Made by a program: the position numbers and the translations under genes | IMG/VR virus record: IMGVR_UViG_3300014862_000005 | Coordinates: 1-24,180 of that record | From: a virus | Taxonomy: Duplodnaviria > Caudoviricetes | Direction: 5' to 3' (one strand) | Length of the DNA: 24,180 bases | Shown here: positions 6,336 through 13,237 of the stretch, in pieces | Numbering within the stretch: the stretch's first letter is position 1 | Layout of the letters: each line of letters opens with the position of its first letter | The notes under the pieces: model-generated | The model's input: only the letters and a program-made list of their open reading frames with translations | What the model was told of the DNA's origin: nothing | The model's database searches: none

Positions 6336-6920
6336 ATGAACATGCTCGAAGCTCCGTTCCGTGTGCTCGGCCAGATCGGCCCGCGACTCATCATGATCGC
6401 GGCCATGGTCACGAGCTACGACACACAGCACCGTCTCTTCCTTTCGTGGGGCGTGGATGGCCTAACGGCCGCCATCGCCCCGGCCGTGGTCGACCTTCTG
6501 GCGATCACGTGCGCGGAGATCCTGCATGACCAGTGGGTGATCCGTGGCAAGGGCTCGGCCGGGTTCGTCCTGGCCGTTGCCGGGCTTGGCTCCGCGTTCG
6601 CCAACTGGCTGGCCGGGGTCACGGTCGGGAGCAAGGTTGTGCATGCGTCGATGGTTCTGGCGTACGTGCTTGCCGAGTTGGTTGTCGGCCGCGTGCGACG
6701 GGTCATGGAACAGCAGACAGCGGCCGTGCAGGCGGTCACACCGGAGGTAACCGCGGATGAGGCGGCGAGCCCGGACCTGCCGGAGGCGCCGGTTTCGCCA
6801 GCGGTGCCCGGCAAATCTCGCGGGGACTACGGTCCACGCGACCCGGAGCGCGGCTACGCTCCGAGTACTGTGCGGAAGAAGCGGGCTGTTGCGAAAGTGG
6901 CGGCCACGCCGACGGAGTAG
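6336..6920 (+). CDS. DUF2637/SpdA-like multi-TM membrane protein
   Basis: SY..Q..L...G....A...P..VD pattern and S..AN with four hydrophobic segments; RBS GGAGGGAG. Confidence 0.7.
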   Translation: MNMLEAPFRVLGQIGPRLIMIAAMVTSYDTQHRLFLSWGVDGLTAAIAPAVVDLLAITCAEILHDQWVIRGKGSAGFVLAVAGLGSAFANWLAGVTVGSKVVHASMVLAYVLAELVVGRVRRVMEQQTAAVQAVTPEVTADEAASPDLPEAPVSPAVPGKSRGDYGPRDPERGYAPSTVRKKRAVAKVAATPTE

Positions 6921-6966
6921 TCCCTGCCCGGACCGAGAGGTACGGGTAGCCGCTCGGTAACCTAAG

Positions 6967-7008
6967 AGCCCCCGATCCTGTCTACCCGTCAGGATCGGGG
7001 GCTTTTTT
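6967..7008 (+). terminator. Intrinsic terminator
   Basis: 14-bp stem AGCCCCCGATCCTG/CAGGATCGGGGGCT followed by a T tract. Confidence 0.85.
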
Positions 7009-7237
7009 GTGCCCTTTGAAAGGAGCCTCCACTGTGGACACTCGTGGCGTTGCTACTTCGCTACTTTCGCCCAGCATTCGGGCTCGGCTCCACTGTGGAC
7101 ACAGGTGCGACGAATGTAGCGGGAGAGCTTCAACCCTTGACGGCGTCGTCGGCCCTTCGCTGTCCGCTGCAGCGGCGTTTCTCGGCATCGCGACGACTGG
7201 GCTCAGGATACCCCCGAACACCGACAGGCCCCGAACG

Positions 7238-8785
7238 TCAGAACGGCCACGTCTGGTTCTGGCCGGCTTCGAGCAGCGGGATGAGTTTGAACGCAGCGTC
7301 GGTCAGTCCGGCGAACGTGTGCCGGTTCACTGCGCCTGGCCCGTGGCCGAGCCGGTAGCCAGCGAGGTTCCACGTGTAGACCGGGATGGTCGCGGGCACG
7401 AAACCGCCCGGGTTGCCGTCGTGCGCCTGCTCGTCGGTGACGATGACGACCCGATCGTGGCGGGCGTAGTGGGCCTGGACAGCGGCCGCCGTGTACGTGC
7501 CGCCGAGGTTGGTAAACCGCTCCTGCACGATGCGCAGCAGCGAGTCGCCGGCCTTGACCGGGACCAGCGCCGACTTGGTGCCGAACTGGACGAGGTCCAC
7601 GTGGCCGACGTTGCGCAGCGCCAGCGCGGCACCGAAGACGGCCGCCGTGTCGGCGCGGTTCAAGCCCGACCGGGCCGAGACGCCATCGAACATGGAGCCC
7701 GACCGGTCGACGAGGACGAGCGTCCGGCCGGGGAGTTCCGGCACGTTGGCCAGCGACAGGTTCAGCGCCACTTCGAGGCTGTGGCCCCACCGCAGCGACG
7801 GGACCGCCTTGTACGCAGCGAGGAACCGGAACGGAAACTGCCGCGACTTGGCCACGCGCGCCGGGTCGGTGAGCAGTGCCATCACCTCGTGGGCGACACC
7901 ATCTCGGATGCCGGCCTCGTCGAAGTTGCGCAGGTTCCGCAGCAGCGCCATGTAGCCCATCGACGGGATGAGCGCCTCCCACAGTGCCGCCTTGTCCACC
8001 TCGGTCCCGGCCAGGGACAGGGCGTCCTCCCACGTCATCCCGGCCGCCCGCAACGCATCAGCGTCGAGCAGCGGGCCGGAGTGATGCCGGGCCGCCTCGC
8101 GCAGTTGGGCGTTCGCGGCGAGCATCGTCAGCGACTCGGCGCACGTCTGGTCGCGGTTGTGCCGGCGGGCCAGCGCGCATGCGAACAGATCCCCCTGCCA
8201 CGGGGCAGACGGCGACGGGTGGGTGAGGTCGAGGACGTCGGCGAACCGGAAGCCCTTGCTGTTGGTGTCGTACTTGAGCAGGGCGTACTCGTTGTAGAGC
8301 CGCTGCACCGCGTCGGCGATACCGCGCTTGACCGGCTTCGGGATCGCCCGGCCGTACCGAGAGGTCCAGTACGCCAGCGCCTCGCCGGGCTCGTCGGCAC
8401 GCTGAAGCACCGAGGCGACCATCTGGCGGGCGCCAGGGACCTTCGCCGCGAGCAGCGCCCGGGCCGCCTCTAGCGCACCGACGAGGGATGCGGAGCGCAT
8501 GTTGCCGTCGGAGCGGAGCCAGCGCAGGAACCGGCCGGTCCAGTCCGGGTCCTCGGTCGCGACCTGCGCGACGAGACGCTCGTACCGTTCGTCGCGGGCC
8601 TCGGCCTTCTCGTAGAAGGTGTTCTCGCCGACCATGTTCGACACGGCGAGCAGGAAGAGTTCGCCCTTGGCGTCGCGCGCGTAGCCGGGTGCGCCCTCAT
8701 GGGTGAGGGCGGACGGCGTGGCCACGGTGAGGATCGGGCTCGTACCGGACGCGGCGCGGGTGTCCCTGACGTTGAACTTCGACAC
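7238..8785 (-). CDS. rsr: TROVE-domain RNA-binding protein, Ro60/Rsr ortholog with C-terminal vWA domain
   Basis: ELFLLAV..M..E.TFYE, GNMRS, MGYMALLRNLRN, SRQFPFRF; vWA MIDAS LVDRSGSM and IVTDEQ. GTG start (MSKFN) with GGAAGG RBS. Confidence 0.95.
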   Translation of the reverse strand: MSKFNVRDTRAASGTSPILTVATPSALTHEGAPGYARDAKGELFLLAVSNMVGENTFYEKAEARDERYERLVAQVATEDPDWTGRFLRWLRSDGNMRSASLVGALEAARALLAAKVPGARQMVASVLQRADEPGEALAYWTSRYGRAIPKPVKRGIADAVQRLYNEYALLKYDTNSKGFRFADVLDLTHPSPSAPWQGDLFACALARRHNRDQTCAESLTMLAANAQLREAARHHSGPLLDADALRAAGMTWEDALSLAGTEVDKAALWEALIPSMGYMALLRNLRNFDEAGIRDGVAHEVMALLTDPARVAKSRQFPFRFLAAYKAVPSLRWGHSLEVALNLSLANVPELPGRTLVLVDRSGSMFDGVSARSGLNRADTAAVFGAALALRNVGHVDLVQFGTKSALVPVKAGDSLLRIVQERFTNLGGTYTAAAVQAHYARHDRVVIVTDEQAHDGNPGGFVPATIPVYTWNLAGYRLGHGPGAVNRHTFAGLTDAAFKLIPLLEAGQNQTWPF

Positions 8786-8819
8786 GGAAACGGCCCTTCC
8801 CATCGAGAGAGGGCCGCAG

Positions 8820-8984
8820 TTCAGATGTGGGTGCCCGAGATCAAAGTCGACGTCGGAGGTTTCGTACCTTTGCGCTACCAGGCTGCGCTACATCCCCGAC
8901 GAGGCGGGGACGGTGGGATTTGAACCCACGACCCAAGGTTCCCTGTGAAGTATCCGGCACCTTCGCACCGGGCACCCATCTGAA
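8820..8984 (-). ncRNA. yrlA: YrlA-type Y RNA
   Basis: Terminal stem GGGTGCCCGGTGCGA...TTGATCTCGGGCACCC (Ro-binding helix) encloses a permuted tRNA domain: T arm GTGGG-TTCAAAT-CCCAC, closed acceptor-like stem, D arm TAGCGCAGCCTGGTAGCGC. Directly upstream of Ro60. Confidence 0.9.
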
Positions 8985-8990
8985 GTTGTA

Positions 8991-9068
8991 GCGTCTCCCG
9001 AGATCAAGTCGCCTGCGGTCTTTATTCAGCAAGAGTGAAGTATCCGCAAGCTGCGCACCGGGAGGTGC
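8991..9068 (-). ncRNA. Second, short Y RNA (YrlB-like, no tRNA domain)
   Basis: Shares CCCGGTGCG, GGATACTTCAC and TTGATCTCGGG with the adjacent YrlA; its ends pair. Confidence 0.8.
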
Positions 9069-9075
9069 AGGGCTG

Positions 9076-9106
9076 ACGGTAGCACCGAGCCGCGAGAGAT
9101 CGCCAA
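9076..9106 (-). promoter_or_regulatory. Promoter for Y RNA-Y RNA-Ro60 operon
   Basis: TTGGCG-19-TACCGT with TGn extended -10; predicted +1 at about 9068 coincides with the 5' end of the short Y RNA. Confidence 0.55.
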
Positions 9107-9151
9107 CACGAAACGCCCCCGCACCCGGGATGGGTGCGGGGGCGTTCGTGT
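9106..9151 (-). terminator. Hairpin terminator ending the late operon
   Basis: AACGCCCCCGCACCC / GGGTGCGGGGGCGTT inverted repeat downstream of 9204..10379. Confidence 0.7.
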
Positions 9152-9203
9152 CGAAACTTGGAGTTGGGCCGGTCGAATCCAAGTCGACCCGCCCAAACTT
9201 GGA

Positions 9204-10379
9204 TCAGGCGGCGTTGACCGCGCCCAGCGTGTCGTCACGGTAGTTGCCGACCCACGTCACCCCAGACCGGCCGGCCCCCGTGCTGAACCCGTACGCCGGC
9301 CGGTGCGTGGTCGAACCCCCGACCGGGCCGAAGAACCGGTTGTTCCGGTAGGCGATGTTCGATCCACTGGTGGGCACGTACACGGTGTAGGCGCCCGCGG
9401 CGAAGAAGTTGTTCTCGACGGTGACGTTGTTCATGGTCAGCCGGTCCCAGATGATCGACGAGGTGATCGGGTTCGTCAGGTCGAACGTCGTGTGCCGGAT
9501 GACGATGTTGCTGCCCGACTGGCCTTGGATGCCGTCGCCATGGCCGCCGCCGACCTCGGCCACGCCTGTGATGTACGAGTCCTCAACGAGGGTGTTGGAG
9601 CCGACGTGGAAGCCGTTCTCGCAGTTGCGCACCAGCACCCGGCGGGCGGTGAAGTTGGTGTACGCGATGCCGGTGCCCCTGTGGTCGATGCAGTCAACCT
9701 CGCTGTCCTCGATGAGGAGCGTGCCGCCCTCCATGTCGACGCCGTAGAAGCACGGGCCGGTGATCTTCGAGTTCCGGATGGTGACGTTCCCGCCCGAGCG
9801 GATGGTGAGGCCGCAGCCAATCGACTTGCCGGTGATCGTCACTGTGGTCGAGATGGTCAGCGGCCCGGTGTAGGCGGTCAGCACGGTGCCGGCGGGGACG
9901 CCGGTCGAGGTAGTCGTCGGGTACCCGCAGGCGGCGAGCCGGTCGAAGCAGTTCGTCAGCAACCCGGTCGGACTCGGCGTCGTCGGGCTGGGCGTGGGGC
10001 TCGCTGGAATCGTCGTCGCGGGCGGTGTGGTGGCCGTGGGCGAGACAGTCGGGCTCGGCTGCACGGTAGGACTCGAGGATGGCGAGGCCGTCTGCGTGGC
10101 GCTGGGGGCCGGCGTGGGGCTGCCAGGGACGATGCCCGCACCGAACAGTTCGACGCAGTCCTCCAGCCAGTTCCGGGCACCCCGGGACAGACCGGCCGTG
10201 CCCTGCGCCTGTCGGTCTACACACCACTGGCCCAGCTGCTGCGGATCAGACGGGACGAACGCGGCCAGTTCGGCCGGCGGCGAGCTGAGCGGCTGACGCC
10301 CAGACGAAAGTAGGGCCCCCGCTACGAGAGCGAGGGCCACGAGACCTGACGTGAGGGCGATGCGTTTACTGCGGATCAC
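9204..10379 (-). CDS. Secreted right-handed beta-helix (pectin-lyase-like fold) protein
   Basis: Signal/TM N-terminus, Pro/Thr linker, repeats such as VTIRNSKI, LIEDSEV, LVEDSYI, HGDGIQ, VTVENN. Confidence 0.8.
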   Translation of the reverse strand: MIRSKRIALTSGLVALALVAGALLSSGRQPLSSPPAELAAFVPSDPQQLGQWCVDRQAQGTAGLSRGARNWLEDCVELFGAGIVPGSPTPAPSATQTASPSSSPTVQPSPTVSPTATTPPATTIPASPTPSPTTPSPTGLLTNCFDRLAACGYPTTTSTGVPAGTVLTAYTGPLTISTTVTITGKSIGCGLTIRSGGNVTIRNSKITGPCFYGVDMEGGTLLIEDSEVDCIDHRGTGIAYTNFTARRVLVRNCENGFHVGSNTLVEDSYITGVAEVGGGHGDGIQGQSGSNIVIRHTTFDLTNPITSSIIWDRLTMNNVTVENNFFAAGAYTVYVPTSGSNIAYRNNRFFGPVGGSTTHRPAYGFSTGAGRSGVTWVGNYRDDTLGAVNAA

Positions 10380-10548
10380 TGAACTCTCCTGTCTTGACCC
10401 CGTTGATGAACGCGGCCCACGTCTCGCGGCTGAACCGGAGACGTGGGCCGTCTGGATCTTTCGAGTCGCGGACCAGGATGTCGTCGGCCTCGGCGACCTC
10501 GACGCAGTTGGCGCTGTCAGAGCTGTAGCTGGACTTGCGCCACCTCAC
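10366..10548 (-). CDS. DUF397 family protein
   Basis: WRKSSYS...NCVEVA...VRDSKDP.GP.L.F....W.AF signature. Confidence 0.95.
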   Translation of the reverse strand: MRWRKSSYSSDSANCVEVAEADDILVRDSKDPDGPRLRFSRETWAAFINGVKTGEFSDPQ

Positions 10549-10856
10549 GGCTGTCTCAGGTCGGTGATCCCATTGGACGGCTGAACGAGCCGCTCACTGA
10601 CACCCGGCGCGGGCGCCCGGTCAACGTTGACGGTGGTGACCGAGTCTGGCGACGGGTAGAAGACGGGCGGCTTGCCGCTGTTCGGCACCGCCCACACACC
10701 AGCAGCGGTCAGGATGGTCGTGACGGCGATCCCGACCCACTCGTTGGTGACGACGCTCGTACCGCCTGCCGAGTCCGCACCGGTGGCTGCGACGTACAGG
10801 CCATAGGCCACACCCAGCGCGGCGACGATGCACTTGGCGTAGCGGTCGAGGTTCAC
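10545..10856 (-). CDS. Holin
   Basis: RYAKCIVAALG...EW...AAGVWAVPN, a two-TM actinophage holin pattern; GTGA-coupled start at 10856. Confidence 0.75.
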   Translation of the reverse strand: MNLDRYAKCIVAALGVAYGLYVAATGADSAGGTSVVTNEWVGIAVTTILTAAGVWAVPNSGKPPVFYPSPDSVTTVNVDRAPAPGVSERLVQPSNGITDLRQP

Positions 10857-11017
10857 GGCGTACCCCGTCCGCGCCACGTCGCCCACCATCCGAAGGCCAG
10901 GTGCGCGGAGAGCAGCGACAGGCCCAGGTACAGCAGGCTGATCTTTCCGGTGTCGGCGCCCATCAGAACCAGCAGGAACGCCAGGATGAACACGATCAGA
11001 GCCCCGATTGCGAACAT
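10853..11017 (-). CDS. 54-aa two-TM membrane protein (not in ORF track)
   Basis: RBS AGAGGAG; MFAIGALIVFILAFLLVLMG...; stop overlaps the holin start. Confidence 0.75.
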   Translation of the reverse strand: MFAIGALIVFILAFLLVLMGADTGKISLLYLGLSLLSAHLAFGWWATWRGRGTP

Positions 11018-11051
11018 GATCTACTCCTCTACCGATCGATCGCGGCCATCG

Positions 11052-11120
11052 TCAAATGGCCGTCAAATGACATCAGTTGACGTCAGGTGACACTCAACTG
11101 AAGGTTGACTGACATCAGCT
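11052..11120. repeat. Helically phased TCANNTGA array
   Basis: Motif copies start at 11052, 11063, 11073, 11083, 11094, 11105 and 11115 (spacing 10-11 bp; outer copies degenerate). Confidence 0.7.
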
Positions 11121-11366
11121 CCGTCTGGCCCGCTGTCCGCCGTTGGCCCTCGGTGGCACCGGTTTGGCCGGCTGGCCACCCGGATCACCGTGCCAGTCCA
11201 GGTGAGCATCCAACTTCGCCTCGATACGGGCCATGGTGGCTTTCATCTCGTTGCCGTACTTCCACTTCCACACCTCGGACAGCACCTTCCCGACCAACAC
11301 CATGACGGCGGCCATGCCAAGGATCGCCGTGCAGACAGTGGCAACAGTCGACAGATCGATGGTCAT
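11115..11366 (-). CDS. Single-TM lysis-cassette membrane protein
   Basis: N-terminal TM then coiled coil ending LDAHLDWH; lies in the lysis cluster. Confidence 0.7.
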   Translation of the reverse strand: MTIDLSTVATVCTAILGMAAVMVLVGKVLSEVWKWKYGNEMKATMARIEAKLDAHLDWHGDPGGQPAKPVPPRANGGQRARRS

Positions 11367-11426
11367 CGCGGGTCCCGTTCGGGTCGTGCTTGCCGCAGGC
11401 GGGGTCCCGGCCTCGGCGGGGTTGCG

Positions 11427-11810
11427 CTACTTCGTGAACAGGGTGACGACCACCGCGACGACGCCGATGCCACCAACGAGGTAGCCCCACAGCGCCAACG
11501 CACCAGCCCGGCTCGAACCCTTCACGTCGTCTACCTTCTCCGCCAGCGCGGCCATGCGCTGTTCCGCCTCCGCCCGGGGCATGAACGTCGCCGCCTGATC
11601 GGCCAACTGGCCGCGGAACTCGTTGCCCGCCTCGAACCGTTTCTCGGCGGCGATCTCCGCCTTGACGACCGCCTTCTCGGAGGCGATCATCGCGATCTGT
11701 ACGGCTTTATCCTGGGCGGCGATCGCGGCGTCGAACCGGCGGTCCATCTCGGCGAGCAGTGCCAGGATGTGTTCGCGCAGCGAGACGGCATCCGGGTCTG
11801 GCTGCGTCAC
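11427..11810 (-). CDS. Coiled-coil protein with C-terminal TM
   Basis: Helical KAVVKAE..AEKRFE..NEFRGQL region and hydrophobic C-terminus; follows the endolysin. Confidence 0.75.
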   Translation of the reverse strand: MTQPDPDAVSLREHILALLAEMDRRFDAAIAAQDKAVQIAMIASEKAVVKAEIAAEKRFEAGNEFRGQLADQAATFMPRAEAEQRMAALAEKVDDVKGSSRAGALALWGYLVGGIGVVAVVVTLFTK

Positions 11811-11812
11811 GG

Positions 11813-12712
11813 TCAGTCCTTGTCTGCGCCGCCGGCCGACTGCTGATCGTTCTGCCGATCGACGATCTTCTCGATCCGGTCGTAGTCCACCGGCCCACTC
11901 GTTGACCCGCCCGATCCGGCCAACGCCACAGTGGTGACGTCACGGCCCCACCAGGACAGGTCGACGAGCTCGAACCGGCGCTCCGGCGGGACCAAGTTCT
12001 GCCAGCCCTCCAGCTCGGCGCCGGTCATGATCGGGGCGTACCAGAGGCCGTCCCCGCGGTACTGGTGCCCGGCCGGCGTCTTCAGCAGGTACATGGGCAT
12101 GTCGCTCTCGCTCTCCTCGACTTGTGGTGATGTGCTGCCCCCGGGAAAGACCTGGCCCGAATCGGCGCCGCCAGTGACCAGCGCCATGAACACGTCCCAC
12201 GGGAACTCGTTGCCGACGTCGGTGTGGGTGCCGCCGTCCTCGGGGAACGCGGCGGTGATGGTGGCGTGGTCGTTGATGCCCGTCGGCCTGGTCTTGCCGT
12301 AGTACGCCGCCCGGGTCTCGGCCACCGTGAGCCGGCGCAGGGCGAACCCGTGTCGTTGGCAGATCTCCCGCACCAGGGCGGCCGCCGTGACGAGCGTCGC
12401 GTACGAGGTCGGGTCGAGCCACTGGGCCCGGGTCTGGACCGTCCCGCACAGTTCAATGTGGATGCCGATCTCGTTGCCGTGAAAGAGCGCCGAGTGCGAC
12501 CGGTCCCCGTCGGGAACCTCCTGCAACGCCGGTCCGGACGAGTCGACGAAGTAGTGACAACTAGTCCCGTCGGTGCGGCTCTTGTCGTACGCCGCACCGT
12601 TCTCCGCGCTGCTCGGGCCTTCGGACCCGGCCGTGTAGTGCAGAGTGACGAACTGCGGGGCCCTTGCCCGCCCGGCGGTGTAGGAGCGGGGATAGCCAAC
12701 CCAGGTTGCCAT
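11813..12712 (-). CDS. Endolysin, N-acetylmuramoyl-L-alanine amidase (Amidase_2)
   Basis: LHYTAG, SCHYFVD, HIELCG, H...HTDVG Zn-amidase motifs; RBS AGGGAGG before ATG 12712. Confidence 0.9.
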   Translation of the reverse strand: MATWVGYPRSYTAGRARAPQFVTLHYTAGSEGPSSAENGAAYDKSRTDGTSCHYFVDSSGPALQEVPDGDRSHSALFHGNEIGIHIELCGTVQTRAQWLDPTSYATLVTAAALVREICQRHGFALRRLTVAETRAAYYGKTRPTGINDHATITAAFPEDGGTHTDVGNEFPWDVFMALVTGGADSGQVFPGGSTSPQVEESESDMPMYLLKTPAGHQYRGDGLWYAPIMTGAELEGWQNLVPPERRFELVDLSWWGRDVTTVALAGSGGSTSGPVDYDRIEKIVDRQNDQQSAGGADKD

Positions 12713-12734
12713 GCTCAGCCTCCCTTGTGGATGG

Positions 12735-13232
12735 TCACGCCGTCTCGTAGGTGCCGTAGGCGTTGATGCTGTCACCCGTCGCCCACGTCCACGGTGTGGT
12801 CGCGTCGATACCGCCCGTAGAGTTGATCGCCGTCCAGGGGACAAGCGTCACCACACCCGACGAGTCATGGCGCAGCGCGCCCTGCTGGAACCTGGTGCCC
12901 GAGTCCAGAAGCCAGACGGTGCCAGGGAACAGGAACTCGCCACTGACCACATAGTCACTGGCGGGGGTGGCCGGAAGGCTGAACGTTGGAGTCGTACCTA
13001 CGGCGGCGCCGGCACTGAAGGCGAACCGGAGCTTCCAGTCGACGGTCTTTCCGACCCGGCGGTACTTCGCCACCAAGGGTGTTGTTCCCACGGTCAGGTT
13101 CGTGAGCGACGGAACCCACGTCGTCCACGCGGCAGTGAGTGCGGTGGCGATGTCGGCGAGGGTCTGGTCTTCCGACGCCCGGTCCTTAGACCCGGCGGCC
13201 ATCGACGGGACTGTGCCGGTCCAGTCACCCAT
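12735..13232 (-). CDS. Minor tail / tail fibre-like protein
   Basis: WTTWVP...KYRRVGKTV...FSLP...G.YE pattern; last gene of the tail block. Confidence 0.7.
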   Translation of the reverse strand: MGDWTGTVPSMAAGSKDRASEDQTLADIATALTAAWTTWVPSLTNLTVGTTPLVAKYRRVGKTVDWKLRFAFSAGAAVGTTPTFSLPATPASDYVVSGEFLFPGTVWLLDSGTRFQQGALRHDSSGVVTLVPWTAINSTGGIDATTPWTWATGDSINAYGTYETA

Positions 13233-13237
13233 CGGAC

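Noticed and set aside
7007-8473. 488-aa plus-strand ORF
   Set aside because: Antisense shadow of the TROVE gene in high-GC DNA; no recognisable motifs.
8865-8935. Apparent tRNA gene (T and D arms) on the minus strand
   Set aside because: Arms are in permuted order with no anticodon arm; this is the tRNA-like domain of YrlA.
9960-10130. Repetitive sequence in the beta-helix gene
   Set aside because: Explained by a Pro/Thr/Ser linker.
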